From IMG/VR virus record IMGVR_UViG_3300042451_001197, positions 1 through 64,000 of that record: a DNA stretch of 64,000 nucleotides; one strand, given 5' to 3'. This document shows, piece by piece, positions 18,439 to 28,810 of the stretch (its first letter is position 1; the number at the start of each line of letters is the position of its first letter). Below the pieces are notes generated by a model that was given only the letters and a program-made list of their open reading frames with translations, searched no databases and was not told where the DNA came from. A program made the position numbers and the translations under genes. Source of the stretch: a virus.

Positions 18439-18491
18439 ATATTTTTACGTATTTTATTAATAATAAATATTATCAAAGTATTTATTGTCGT

Positions 18492-19124
18492 ATGGGTATT
18501 ACAATTTTAATTAATGAAAATCAAAAAAGAAGACTAATCCTTGAAGGTAGTGGTGATTTTATTGTTGAGATATTATCAAAAAATTATGAATTTGTTAAAA
18601 AAGTTATTAAGGATTCATCAAGTCAGATAGGTCTTAATTTAGAGTTTTTGGTTAGTTGGGGGGCAACTATTGGTGGATTTGTAGGTCCTTTAGAAGAATT
18701 TTTAAGAGGTGTTGAACCTAGTTTATCTGATTTGGAAATTAGTTTAATCTTAACAGGGGTTATTTCGTCTTATTATCTCGATAATAAAGAATACGTCAAA
18801 AAAATTATCGATACTATAAAAGAAAAAGGTTTATATAAACCATTTAAAAAAGTCTTAACTAAGAGTAAAGAATTTAAATCTGTTTTTTCTGATTTTATTG
18901 GTAGTTTAGGTATTACATTACATAAAGTAACTAACATATTAAGTTATACTTTTATATTACCATTATTACCCATACTATATAATATGGTTACCGAGAATAA
19001 TATTAGTTCATCTGAAATTAGTGACCTATCTAAAAGACTAATAGGGTTTGGTCTTTTAACCGTATCTGGTTTGGTATTAAAACAATTAATATCAAAAATC
19101 GCAAAAAGATTTAAGGGTAAATAA
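18492..19124 (+). CDS. Hypothetical protein with ILINE leader
   Basis: TATTTAT 5 nt upstream of the ATG. Confidence 0.6.
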   Translation: MGITILINENQKRRLILEGSGDFIVEILSKNYEFVKKVIKDSSSQIGLNLEFLVSWGATIGGFVGPLEEFLRGVEPSLSDLEISLILTGVISSYYLDNKEYVKKIIDTIKEKGLYKPFKKVLTKSKEFKSVFSDFIGSLGITLHKVTNILSYTFILPLLPILYNMVTENNISSSEISDLSKRLIGFGLLTVSGLVLKQLISKIAKRFKGK

Positions 19125-19184
19125 TAATTTGTCTATTTGTTTTTATTTTACTATATTTTATTAGAAATATTAGTTTTTTAAAAA

Positions 19185-20216
19185 ATGGATAAAAAATTCG
19201 ACTTTAAGGATATCACATTAGTTCCTGAAACAATCAGTTCAATTTCATCAAGAAAAGAGGTAAATCCCTTTTATGAAAATGGTAAATTACCAATATTTGT
19301 ATCACCAATGGATACCGTTGTTGATGGGGATAATTGTGAGTTATTTCACGAAAACAAATTAGAGGTATGTTTACCAAGAGGAGTTTTTTCAGGTGAAGAT
19401 GATTCATTTAGTTCAATATCGTTAACGGATTTTGAGAAAATAATTAATTGGTTTAGTGATGGTTCATTAGAAACTAAAGAGACTCGATTTTTAGTTGATA
19501 TCGCTAATGGTCATATGGAAAAATTACACGAATTATGTAAAAAATTCATAGAGACAAGAGAATCTGAAAAATATGAAATTATGGTTGGTAATGTCGCCAA
19601 CCCAAAAACATTTGAGAAATTTTGTGAAATAGGTGTTGATTATGTTAGAGTCGGTATTGGTGGTGGTAGCGGTTGTTTAACATCTGCGAATACCGGAGTT
19701 CACTATCCTATGGCGTCTTTAATTTCTGAATGTTATATGATTAAAAAAAATAACGGGTTTAAAACAAAAATAATAGCGGATGGTGGATTTAGAAATTATG
19801 ATGATATTATCAAAGCCATTGCTTTAGGTGCTGATTATGTTATGTTAGGAGGTATTTTAAATAAAACTTTAGAATCTTGTTCACCAACAAAATTATTTGA
19901 TTTAATACCGATTAGTGAGAAAACTACAAAATTAATATGGGAAAATTTTCCAATATTAAAAAAACGTCTATATAAAGATTTTAGAGGTATGAGTACTAAA
20001 GAAGTTCAAGTAAAATGGGGTAAAAATAAACCAACAACATCTGAAGGTATTTCAAAAACAAATAGAATTGAGTACACTTTAAATGGATGGGTTAGTAACT
20101 TTGAGGATTATCTTAGATCGGCTATGTCGTATACAAATTCAAAAGATTTAGAACAATTTAAAGATAGTGATTATATTTTTATCACCGAAAACGCTCTTAA
20201 TCGTTATAATAAATGA
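19185..20216 (+). CDS. guaC: GMP reductase / IMP dehydrogenase family enzyme
   Basis: SPMDTV, DIANGH, GNVA, VGIGGGSGCLT, IIADGG, GADYVMLG, FRGMS; no CBS domains. Confidence 0.75.
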   Translation: MDKKFDFKDITLVPETISSISSRKEVNPFYENGKLPIFVSPMDTVVDGDNCELFHENKLEVCLPRGVFSGEDDSFSSISLTDFEKIINWFSDGSLETKETRFLVDIANGHMEKLHELCKKFIETRESEKYEIMVGNVANPKTFEKFCEIGVDYVRVGIGGGSGCLTSANTGVHYPMASLISECYMIKKNNGFKTKIIADGGFRNYDDIIKAIALGADYVMLGGILNKTLESCSPTKLFDLIPISEKTTKLIWENFPILKKRLYKDFRGMSTKEVQVKWGKNKPTTSEGISKTNRIEYTLNGWVSNFEDYLRSAMSYTNSKDLEQFKDSDYIFITENALNRYNK

Positions 20217-20222
20217 TGTTTG

Positions 20223-20822
20223 TTATTTAAGATATATTTTAACTTTTAAATCACCATCACCTTTAATTAACCTGTGATACACACCTTTTGGTATAAAATA
20301 TTCTTTACCTTCAGTTAATTTAATTGGTAGTTCATTATCCATTTGAAAATACCAATTATTTTTATGTTGAGGTATTACCACTCTATCTTGTTCATCAAAA
20401 TGCCATTTTAATTCTTCGGTTTTAACATTCTCAGAAAATGTTCTTATTTTAAGTTTTTTGGAAATATTTTCATCTAAAAAAGGAAATGTTTCTAAATCTT
20501 TTTGAGAACCGATCGGTAATGAATTTAAGAACATTCTAATATCATATCTGTATATATCAATATTAAGTAATTTTAAAATCTGTTCTAATTCTTCAAAAAC
20601 CGCGTACCAAAGGTTTGTAGGTTCTCCATATTCATCTTCTATAGTGTGTTCTAATTCTTGGGGTTCTGTATCGACAAAGATATATATTTTACCTTGATTA
20701 GACATTATTTTTTTAACTCTAACTTGTAAATCGTGGTCAATAAAATATTCATCAATAATATTTTTATTACCATACTCATCAAAATATCGATTAATTATAT
20801 TAATTAATTTTTCAATTTTCAT
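20223..20822 (-). CDS. Protein with C-terminal cupin-like domain
   Basis: WHFDEQDR...FIPKGVYHRL. Confidence 0.55.
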   Translation of the reverse strand: MKIEKLINIINRYFDEYGNKNIIDEYFIDHDLQVRVKKIMSNQGKIYIFVDTEPQELEHTIEDEYGEPTNLWYAVFEELEQILKLLNIDIYRYDIRMFLNSLPIGSQKDLETFPFLDENISKKLKIRTFSENVKTEELKWHFDEQDRVVIPQHKNNWYFQMDNELPIKLTEGKEYFIPKGVYHRLIKGDGDLKVKIYLK

Positions 20823-20823
20823 A

Positions 20824-21444
20824 TTACCAACTTCTACTACTCTTTAAACCCAATTTTTTTCTATGTCTTGACACATTACAACTCCAATATCCTGCGGTAG
20901 TTCTATCTTTCTTTTGGTCACACTTATGACGAGCTCTGAATGATTTTGCTCTACCTTTATTAGCATTTTTTATCCTTAAATTAGGGTCACCAAATGTAAC
21001 TTTTTTAACGGTTCCTTTTGGTGTTTTAACATATACCGCAAATTTCTTAGGGCCTCCAGGCGTTCTGAATGGACTATTAAGTTTAACATTTTTTCCGCCC
21101 TTTTTAGCTTCAGTTAATATATCTTCTAAATCAGTTTCATAAATAGGTGCGTCCAACCAAACCTCATCACCATTCTCCAATAACACTTTTTTACCTAAAT
21201 CGGACTCAACAATCCATATATCATTTTCATTTAAACTGATTAAGTTTTTATCATATAAAGACCTAACTTCATTAATTAAATTAAAGAATTTATCTGAATA
21301 TACTCTGAAAATATTCTCATTTAAAGGTATTTTATTTTCAATATGGTAACTCAGTTCTTCAGATATTTGAACGTCTTTTATCAATTTCATAGGTGGATTT
21401 TTAATCTCACTTAAAACTTTACCTATTAGATTATCTATTTTCAT
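20824..21444 (-). CDS. Hypothetical protein with basic C-terminal domain
   Basis: KKFAVYV...VTFGD...SFRARHKC...AGYWSC. Confidence 0.65.
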   Translation of the reverse strand: MKIDNLIGKVLSEIKNPPMKLIKDVQISEELSYHIENKIPLNENIFRVYSDKFFNLINEVRSLYDKNLISLNENDIWIVESDLGKKVLLENGDEVWLDAPIYETDLEDILTEAKKGGKNVKLNSPFRTPGGPKKFAVYVKTPKGTVKKVTFGDPNLRIKNANKGRAKSFRARHKCDQKKDRTTAGYWSCNVSRHRKKLGLKSSRSW

Positions 21445-21486
21445 AAACCTCTTTTTTATATTAATAAATATGTCTATATTTGATAT

Positions 21487-21879
21487 ATGAATGAAAAAAT
21501 ATTATATATCGTTAGAGGATGTCCTGGCTCAGGTAAAACAACATTCGCCAAACAATTAACGTCAAACGTATTTGAGGCCGACCATTTTTTCTATGATGAA
21601 AATTGTGTCTATAAATTTGACCCATCAAAAATAAAAGACGCCCATAAAGAGTGTCAGGAATCTGTTGAGTATGCGATGCAATCAAGTATAAATAAAATTG
21701 CAGTATCAAATACATTTACCCAAGAGTGGGAAATGAAACCTTACTTTGAATTATCCGAAAAATACGGATACAAACTTTTCACCGTTGTAGTTGAGAACAG
21801 ACACGGGGGTAAAAATATTCACGGAGTTCCTGATGACAAATTAGAAATAATGAGAAATAGATTTGAATTTAAGTTATGA
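21487..21879 (+). CDS. P-loop kinase (AAA_33 / polynucleotide kinase-like)
   Basis: RGCPGSGKTT Walker A; SNTF; HGVP. Confidence 0.8.
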   Translation: MNEKILYIVRGCPGSGKTTFAKQLTSNVFEADHFFYDENCVYKFDPSKIKDAHKECQESVEYAMQSSINKIAVSNTFTQEWEMKPYFELSEKYGYKLFTVVVENRHGGKNIHGVPDDKLEIMRNRFEFKL

Positions 21880-22073
21880 GAAGTTTTTTTTATGTTATAT
21901 CGATAATAATAAGACTTTTAATTATCTATAAAGTATTTGTACTATTATTTACAACGTCAACATCAGTAGACGAAGAATCTTTTAAAAAATTAATATGGTG
22001 GGGAGTTTTTCTAATATTTGACATATGGTTACAACAATCTTTTCCTTTCGATAATAATGATAAAGAAGACTAA
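21876..22073 (+). CDS. Small membrane protein
   Basis: Two hydrophobic segments. Confidence 0.5.
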   Translation: MRSFFYVISIIIRLLIIYKVFVLLFTTSTSVDEESFKKLIWWGVFLIFDIWLQQSFPFDNNDKED

Positions 22074-22116
22074 ATATTTATCATTATCACAATATTTATA
22101 AAAAAAAGATTTTAAT

Positions 22117-22626
22117 ATGAAAAGAGTTATATTAGACGAAAAAAAAATTCGTAAAATAATCAGACAACAATTACTTGAGGATGTCTCATTAGAAAAAGAA
22201 AAAACAGATTCTAAACCAAGATGTTTAACAACTAACACCATTCCATTAGACGACATCGTTGGTACATCAAAAGATTTTAACTTATACATCTCAAATTTGA
22301 ATAAAAGAGATGGGGGTATTAATGGTATGGTCGATGCTCTTGATATTTTAAGAACTTTAAGACTACATCCTCATATTAATGATGGTGGTGAACATTTATC
22401 ATATGATTTAATGAATCACCTTAATATGTTCAGAAATAAACATTATTATGACGAAACAAATGGAGATTGTCTTAGCGCGATGGATAAAGTAATTGAACTT
22501 TATAAAGAAAATGAGCACGGCGAAGAATTGGTTAAGGACATTGAAAAAGTTTTAAATCATAAAGACCCGACCCCTAGAGCTAAAGAGTATTTAAAACGTT
22601 GTTTGAATTTAATAAAAGAAAAATAA
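22117..22626 (+). CDS. Hypothetical protein
   Basis: TATTTAT upstream; ILDE/LLE leader. Confidence 0.6.
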   Translation: MKRVILDEKKIRKIIRQQLLEDVSLEKEKTDSKPRCLTTNTIPLDDIVGTSKDFNLYISNLNKRDGGINGMVDALDILRTLRLHPHINDGGEHLSYDLMNHLNMFRNKHYYDETNGDCLSAMDKVIELYKENEHGEELVKDIEKVLNHKDPTPRAKEYLKRCLNLIKEK

Positions 22627-22721
22627 TCCTCATATAGTTGGGGACTTTTAGGATCGTTATCGTTACGGTAACATTAAAAGGGGAGGTTCGCTACCATCCC
22701 CTTTTTTAAAAATAAAAAATT

Positions 22722-23924
22722 ATGGAAAGAAAAATATTATCAGAAGAATTAGGGAGAATGTCTTACCTTTTTGCATATAAAAGAGGTGTTGTTGTAAGTG
22801 AACAACAAATTAATATCGAAAGACCTAATTGGGGTAAAAAAACTAAAGGTAAATTAAATTTTGGTTTAGTTAAGTATGCGGAATTTACAAATAATAACTT
22901 ATTTCCGAATATTGGTCGCGAAACATTACTAATTTCCTCAGTTTCTTTAGGGGTTAAATTAGAGGAAATGGCTTCAGAATCTTCAGCACCAATTGAATTA
23001 TCTTTCTCGATTAAAGATCCGTTTAAATTTGATAAAACAGATCTTACCGAATCTGGTGAAAATAATTTTATAAGTTTTATCAAAGATTATAATTTAAAAA
23101 AAGAAAAAAATATCGATAATTGGTCTAATTACTTGGAATTTATTAAAACAAATGGTGGTGTTAAAGTATTTGGATATTCTTCTCAGGATTCTAATCCAAA
23201 TGATAATGATGGTGGTCGATTACCGGCTTGTTCGTCTTATGGGGTTGGTAAAGGTCCCAGAAAACAATATAATTTATGTTTATCGCAAAAAAGAGCTGAA
23301 ATAATTAAGGAAAAATTAATTAAAGAATTACCGGAATTAGATGGGATGGTTAACGCGATAGGAAAAGGTGAGAATTGTGACAATGATTTGTGTTGGACTA
23401 AGAATAATAAAATTACCCCTGAAGAAACTTCTGAAAATAGAAAATTTTTAATTGTGTTTCCTAAATACATTTCAAATGTATCTGATGTAAATTTAGATAG
23501 TGAAAAAACTAATAAATTTTATAATAAAGAAAGTGAAGTAAAATGGGACTCTATAAATACGTATGTTGATTTAACTGAATTTGGATACGGTAAAGTTAAG
23601 GCAGTTAAAGACAATAATAATATGATTATCTTACCTTATGAAGAGATTATGAAAATTGCGAAGAATTTACCTATAATAGGGGGCGGAAAAATAAATGACT
23701 CAATAGAAGGTGTGGGTGAAATATCTGAAGATGGTTTTATTTTAAATTCCGGAGGTAAAAAACACGTATTTAAAAATTGGAATGATCCTAACGAAATTTA
23801 TAAAGAAACTAATTACGATAAATCCCTATTCAAGGTAAGTAATAGTATATTAGCGGTTAATGATAGTCCTATTAGGTTAAAAAAAATTTCTATAACTCTA
23901 TCTTATAAATCTTATTCAGAATAA
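22722..23924 (+). CDS. Protein with OmpA-like peptidoglycan-binding domain
   Basis: FKFDKTDL...GYSSQD...YNLCLSQKRAE...IGKGE...ENRK. Confidence 0.65.
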   Translation: MERKILSEELGRMSYLFAYKRGVVVSEQQINIERPNWGKKTKGKLNFGLVKYAEFTNNNLFPNIGRETLLISSVSLGVKLEEMASESSAPIELSFSIKDPFKFDKTDLTESGENNFISFIKDYNLKKEKNIDNWSNYLEFIKTNGGVKVFGYSSQDSNPNDNDGGRLPACSSYGVGKGPRKQYNLCLSQKRAEIIKEKLIKELPELDGMVNAIGKGENCDNDLCWTKNNKITPEETSENRKFLIVFPKYISNVSDVNLDSEKTNKFYNKESEVKWDSINTYVDLTEFGYGKVKAVKDNNNMIILPYEEIMKIAKNLPIIGGGKINDSIEGVGEISEDGFILNSGGKKHVFKNWNDPNEIYKETNYDKSLFKVSNSILAVNDSPIRLKKISITLSYKSYSE

Positions 23925-23938
23925 ATAAGTGGTAATAT

Positions 23939-24583
23939 TCACTCTATAAAATTTAAACAAATTCTTGTTATTTTAGTTTCTTTATTATAAAGAACGCAAC
24001 ACGCGAACATAGTTCTTATTTTTAATTTATATTTTTCATAGGCAACCACATCGTGAGAAAGTCCTCTTATAGCACAACTATGTCTAATTGACCTGTCCCA
24101 ATTTTTAATAGTCCTTTCCGCCAATTCTTGATATGTCTCCAATTTACAATTATAAAATGTGTAAACATTTTCCACGTAATCTATAAATGAACTTTCATAA
24201 AGTATTTTTGGTATATCTTTATAACTTTTATAGAACTCTTTTCTTATAAGTTTACTATTATCCTCATACCATTTACTTCTGTCTATATGATATGATATAG
24301 TTGTTGGGTTGGATACCATATCTTTACAATTTGGTAGTGAAATTGTTTTGTAGACCCATTCAGACCATCTAGGTTTGGTTAGTTCAGGGTATAATAAAAT
24401 CTCAGGATGATTTTCTGACCATTTTTGACCGGATCGATAACAATCAATAGTGTCTCTAAAATTTAAAAACGTTTCCGCCAATACTTTTGTCGCAATTTCA
24501 GAATTGAAATTATTAAAATCTATTTTTTGCGATTTAACATACAAACTAACAGAAATTAGTATTATAATTAATATTTTTTTCAT
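23939..24583 (-). CDS. Secreted CAP/SCP-like protein (start revised to MKKIL)
   Basis: Signal peptide; TYQELAE..IKNWDRSIRH; TATATTTG promoter 4 nt before ATG 24583. Confidence 0.5.
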   Translation of the reverse strand: MKKILIIILISVSLYVKSQKIDFNNFNSEIATKVLAETFLNFRDTIDCYRSGQKWSENHPEILLYPELTKPRWSEWVYKTISLPNCKDMVSNPTTISYHIDRSKWYEDNSKLIRKEFYKSYKDIPKILYESSFIDYVENVYTFYNCKLETYQELAERTIKNWDRSIRHSCAIRGLSHDVVAYEKYKLKIRTMFACCVLYNKETKITRICLNFIE

Positions 24584-25450
24584 ATTACAAATATACAAAT
24601 TAAATTTCATTCTACAAAATTTTTATATAAATAAATAATTAAAAATATGGTAAAACTTCAGTTAAAGGATAAATCACTAAAAATAATGCAAAATTGATAG
24701 TTCGGTTGAATTACGTGTTTACAAAGTTGTATTGTCAGAAAGTTAATTTTTTTAAAAATTATCAAAAGATATAACATCTTTACCTGAGTAACCTTTATAT
24801 TCTAAAACAAAAAATCCTGTAACTGATAAACAATCTGTATTAGGATTATAGTGTGTTTTATATTCTCCACACATATTTCCATAATCAATCATATCATAAA
24901 GTAGTGCAATTTTATGAAATTTTGATGACATAAAATTCTTTATAATATCTTCAGCGTAATTTTGGTAAGTTTTTTTATCGATACCCATATAGTTTATGGT
25001 GGTCACATTTTTATATTGAAATAAAATCTCCATTTTATTTTTATATTCTTTTTTAGTTTTTTTATTTTTCAAAAAATAATTAAATCTATCACTATGTTTT
25101 TCTAATAATACATTACGAAAAATTTTATGGTTTTCGTGACTAAATACTGAGTAGTGCGACATATACTCAGATTGATATTTCGCAGATTCACCACAAACTT
25201 CATCGTGTTTCATTCTACTAACATTCGCCTTTTTTCTTTCTTTCATCGCCTCTTCAAATACTAAAGAATCTAATAATTTTAAATTTATTTTTTTGAAGTT
25301 AATGACATCATCTTTTGTTTGTGATAAAAGTAATGTTGAAAACAACAATGCGATAGATATTAATATTTTTTTCATATTACTAATATACAAATTAAATTTC
25401 ATCTGGCAAAATATTTATATAAATAAATAATTAAAAATATGGCAAAATTA
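24570..25450. repeat. Duplicated ~85-bp bidirectional promoter block (about 24570-24655 and 25362-25447)
   Basis: Near-identical CATATTAC.AATATACAAATTAAATTTCAT...TATATAAATAAATAATTAAAAATATGG. Confidence 0.85.
24752..25375 (-). CDS. Secreted CAP/SCP-like protein (start revised to MKKIL)
   Basis: Signal peptide; AKYQSEYM..FSHEN; TYQNYAE..IKNFMSSKFH. Confidence 0.55.
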   Translation of the reverse strand: MKKILISIALLFSTLLLSQTKDDVINFKKINLKLLDSLVFEEAMKERKKANVSRMKHDEVCGESAKYQSEYMSHYSVFSHENHKIFRNVLLEKHSDRFNYFLKNKKTKKEYKNKMEILFQYKNVTTINYMGIDKKTYQNYAEDIIKNFMSSKFHKIALLYDMIDYGNMCGEYKTHYNPNTDCLSVTGFFVLEYKGYSGKDVISFDNF

Positions 25451-25567
25451 ACTAAAACAACATCATCATCTAAAGTAACTTTCGGGATTAAAAGAAAGGG
25501 AAAAATAAAGAAAAAATACGGACCTAAAGCCCAAAAACCTAAGAAGTATAGAGGTCAAGGTCGTTAA
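25439..25567 (+). CDS. 42-aa highly basic protein ending KKYRGQGR
   Basis: Manual translation MAKLTKTTSSSKVTFGIKRKGKIKKKYGPKAQKPKKYRGQGR*; TATTTAT upstream. Confidence 0.75.
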   Translation: MAKLTKTTSSSKVTFGIKRKGKIKKKYGPKAQKPKKYRGQGR

Positions 25568-25616
25568 TATAATAATTATTCTGAAAATGTAAATATTTAT
25601 AGTATAAAACAATACT

Positions 25617-25916
25617 ATGAATAAGAAAAAATACTTTTTTGGGTGGAATAATATTAAATGGGTAATTAAAGAAGCCGTTAATATTTACTCAAGTAAAAAA
25701 TCATTTTTCTCAAAGAAAAGAATTGAGTCCGGAATAGCGTTTGTTATTGCACAATGGGGAATGATATTTTTCCTATTGGAAAATATAAATAAAATGAGTG
25801 CTTCAGACCTTTTTATTTGGTCAGGTATAGAATTTGCGGTTTCAGGTTATATTATTAACCAAATTCAAAAAGAAAAAAAACAGGAAGAATCTGAAAAAGA
25901 AAATCCCGAACTTTAA
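25617..25916 (+). CDS. Small membrane protein (possibly holin-like)
   Basis: Two hydrophobic segments, charged C-terminus. Confidence 0.45.
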   Translation: MNKKKYFFGWNNIKWVIKEAVNIYSSKKSFFSKKRIESGIAFVIAQWGMIFFLLENINKMSASDLFIWSGIEFAVSGYIINQIQKEKKQEESEKENPEL

Positions 25917-26251
25917 TCGGGATTTTTTAATTTACCTAAATCTTCTTTTAATCTTTCTAAAAAAGATTCTTCCCCATCATCACCTGATATTAACCAATCT
26001 ATTCTTTGAGCGTAAATTTCGGCTTTACGAAGAATTTCCAAACCTTCTTTGAATTTTTCAATCACTTCATCAGGATACTTGTAATGAAATTTATCTTCAG
26101 GATATTTTTCATACCAATCAGGGTCTCTCCAACCCTCATCTTTCATCTCTTCTTTGGTTTTTTCTTTACCATTTTTTCTGATTAGTTGTTCAACCTCATC
26201 TGCAATGTAACCAATTTTATATTGGCTATATTCAAAAGCTCCTCCTGACAT
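25913..26251 (-). CDS. Hypothetical phage protein
   Basis: MSGGxFxY...RIDWLISGDDGE pattern. Confidence 0.7.
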   Translation of the reverse strand: MSGGAFEYSQYKIGYIADEVEQLIRKNGKEKTKEEMKDEGWRDPDWYEKYPEDKFHYKYPDEVIEKFKEGLEILRKAEIYAQRIDWLISGDDGEESFLERLKEDLGKLKNPD

Positions 26252-26280
26252 AGTTTATTAATTTTAGAATACAAAGATAT

Positions 26281-26310
26281 AAAAAATCCTTGGGATTTCC
26301 AAGGATTTTT
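26281..26310. terminator. Intrinsic terminator downstream of dnaK
   Basis: AAAAAATCCTTGG-GATTT-CCAAGGATTTTT. Confidence 0.75.
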
Positions 26311-26317
26311 ATTTTTT

Positions 26318-28180
26318 TTACTTAACTTCCTCAAACTCAACATCATTTGGGTCTATTGTGGTTGATTGGTCTCCATCGCCACTACTTTGATACATTTCTT
26401 GTGAAATTTTGTGGAAATGTTCATTTAATTCATCCATATGTTTTGTAACAGACTCAACATCTTTTTTACTATGAGATTCTTTTAATAAATCTAACTTAGA
26501 ATTAATTTCGGTTTTTTGTTCTTCTGTTAATTTATCTGATAAATCATTCATTGATTTGGTAATATTGAATATTGTACTATCCGCCATATTTAAAACCTCA
26601 GCATCTTCTTTGGATTTCTTATCTGATTCGGCATTTAATTCCGCATCTCTTTTCATTCTTTCAATATCTTCTTGCGATAAACTTGATGAAGATTCAATTC
26701 TAATTGATTGTGTTTTGTTTGTGGCTTTATCAACCGCAGAAACATTAATTATACCGTCTGCATTCACATCAAACACGACTTCTATTTGAGGTGTTCCTCT
26801 CATAGCGGGTGGAATACCATCTAAATGAAATCTACCAATAGTTTTATTATCTTTTGCCATAGCTCTCTCACCTTGTAATACGTGAATTTCCACACTTGGT
26901 TGATTATCTGATGCGGTAGAAAAAACTTGTGATTTTTTGGTTGGAATTGTTGTATTTGACTCGATTAATTTTGTAAACACACCACCCATAGTTTCAATAC
27001 CTAAAGATAATGGTGTAACATCTAACAATAAAACATCCTTAACATCGCCCGCTAAAACACCTCCTTGAATTGCCGCTCCTAAAGCTACAACTTCATCAGG
27101 ATTTACCCCTTTTGATGGGTCTTTTCCGAAGAATTTCTTAACTGCGTCTTGGATTGCAGGAATTCTTGTTGTACCACCAACTAAGATAATTTCATCAATA
27201 TCACTCGGATTTAATTTCGCGTTTCTTAATGCTGACTTACAAGGGTCAATAGTTCTCTGAACCAAAGAATCTACCAATTGTTCAAATTTAGACCTTGTAA
27301 GTGTCTTAACTAAGTGTTTTGGAATACCATCTACCGGCATAATATAAGGTAAGTTAATCTCTGTTGAAACGCTTGAGGATAGTTCTATTTTAGCCTTTTC
27401 AGCGGCCTCCTTTAATCTTTGCAATGCCATAGGGTCTTTAGAAATATCGATACCATTCTCATCTTTAAACTCCTTAACTAACCAATCTATGATTGTATTG
27501 TCAAAATCATCACCACCTAAATGAGTATCACCATCTGTTGACAATACTTCAAAAACGCCATCACCTAATTCTAAAACTGATACATCGTGAGTTCCACCAC
27601 CACAATCAAATACCACGACCAAAATATCCTTATCTTTCTTATCAAGACCATAAGCTAGAGCGGCCGATGTGGGCTCGTTTATGATACGTCTTACATTTAA
27701 CCCCGCAATCTCACCGGCCTCTTTAGTTGCCTGTCTTTGAGCATCGTTAAAGTAAGCGGGTACGGTAATAACCGCGTCAGTCACAGAAGTTCCTAAATAA
27801 TCTTCAGCGGTCTGTTTCATTTTTTGTAAGATGATTGCCGAAACCTCTTGTGGGGAGTATTTTCTATCATCAATCTCAACTCTTGGAGAATTATTATCAC
27901 CTTTCACTACTTTATAAGGAACTCTTGTTAATTCCTTTTTGGATTCTTCAAAAGAAGTCCCCATAAATCTTTTAATTGAATGGATTGTTTTATCGGGGTT
28001 TGTAACCGATTGTCTTTTAGCAGGGTCTCCTATTTTTCTTTCCCCACTTGTTGTAAAACCAACGATTGATGGTGTTGTTCTCTTACCTTCACTATTAGGT
28101 ATCACCACAGGTTCATTACCTTCCATTACCGCAACACACGAATTCGTGGTCCCTAAATCAATTCCTATTATTTTTCCCAT
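26318..28180 (-). CDS. dnaK: Molecular chaperone DnaK (Hsp70)
   Basis: [41 protein letters not shown]. Confidence 0.97.
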   Translation of the reverse strand: MGKIIGIDLGTTNSCVAVMEGNEPVVIPNSEGKRTTPSIVGFTTSGERKIGDPAKRQSVTNPDKTIHSIKRFMGTSFEESKKELTRVPYKVVKGDNNSPRVEIDDRKYSPQEVSAIILQKMKQTAEDYLGTSVTDAVITVPAYFNDAQRQATKEAGEIAGLNVRRIINEPTSAALAYGLDKKDKDILVVVFDCGGGTHDVSVLELGDGVFEVLSTDGDTHLGGDDFDNTIIDWLVKEFKDENGIDISKDPMALQRLKEAAEKAKIELSSSVSTEINLPYIMPVDGIPKHLVKTLTRSKFEQLVDSLVQRTIDPCKSALRNAKLNPSDIDEIILVGGTTRIPAIQDAVKKFFGKDPSKGVNPDEVVALGAAIQGGVLAGDVKDVLLLDVTPLSLGIETMGGVFTKLIESNTTIPTKKSQVFSTASDNQPSVEIHVLQGERAMAKDNKTIGRFHLDGIPPAMRGTPQIEVVFDVNADGIINVSAVDKATNKTQSIRIESSSSLSQEDIERMKRDAELNAESDKKSKEDAEVLNMADSTIFNITKSMNDLSDKLTEEQKTEINSKLDLLKESHSKKDVESVTKHMDELNEHFHKISQEMYQSSGDGDQSTTIDPNDVEFEEVK

Positions 28181-28266
28181 ACTTTTTTTTTGTTTAATTA
28201 TATTAATATTTTATTATGGAGTCAACTCCAAAATTCGCTTATTAAAAACTATACCAAACAAAGGGG

Positions 28267-28283
28267 TATGACAAAATGTCATA
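28267..28283. promoter_or_regulatory. Palindromic operator-like site upstream of dnaK
   Basis: TATGACA-AAA-TGTCATA perfect inverted repeat; extra half-site TATGACA near 28298. Confidence 0.55.
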
Positions 28284-28311
28284 AAAATTTTAAAAAATAT
28301 GACAAAATTTA

Positions 28312-28343
28312 TTTGGTGGATTAAAAAAAAGTTCATACCTTTG
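28312..28343 (+). promoter_or_regulatory. Bacteroidota-type promoter
   Basis: TTTG-N20-TACCTTTG, 4 nt before ATG 28348. Confidence 0.75.
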
Positions 28344-28347
28344 TCTT

Positions 28348-28569
28348 ATGAGAAAGAAAAAAACAACCACAACAGAAACAACAACACAAAAAGTTACTAC
28401 CACTAAAAGTACTAAATGGCAAAGAACATATGAAGATGAATTTAGAATCTCAATTTGGAAATTTGATAGTAAAATAAGTATGGTAAATCCTTACGAAGTG
28501 GAAGTTAAATTCAAAAAGGAAATTACTATGGATATGCCTAAGTTAAAGGTTAAAAGAAAAAAATCATAG
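28348..28569 (+). CDS. Hypothetical basic protein
   Basis: ORF with its own promoter. Confidence 0.6.
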   Translation: MRKKKTTTTETTTQKVTTTKSTKWQRTYEDEFRISIWKFDSKISMVNPYEVEVKFKKEITMDMPKLKVKRKKS

Positions 28570-28606
28570 TCTTTACATATTTATCATCTAATATTATTAT
28601 TAAATT

Positions 28607-28789
28607 ATGACAGAAGAAATGAAAGCCAACCTTTATGGTCAATTATTAAACGAACATACTCGTATTGGAAATAAAATATCCGAAATTAAAGGTCAAAATA
28701 TCGAACCTAATCAAAAACAAAAAGAAGAAATTAGAAAGTTGGAATTACAACAAATTAAAATTATGAATGATATTAGAAAGTTATTTTAA
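28607..28789 (+). CDS. Small coiled-coil protein
   Basis: ORF track. Confidence 0.6.
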   Translation: MTEEMKANLYGQLLNEHTRIGNKISEIKGQNIEPNQKQKEEIRKLELQQIKIMNDIRKLF

Positions 28790-28810
28790 TATATTTATAT
28801 AAAAAAAATT

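Noticed and set aside
26556-28271. Plus-strand ORFs over dnaK
   Set aside because: Antisense shadows of a conserved gene; no independent signals.
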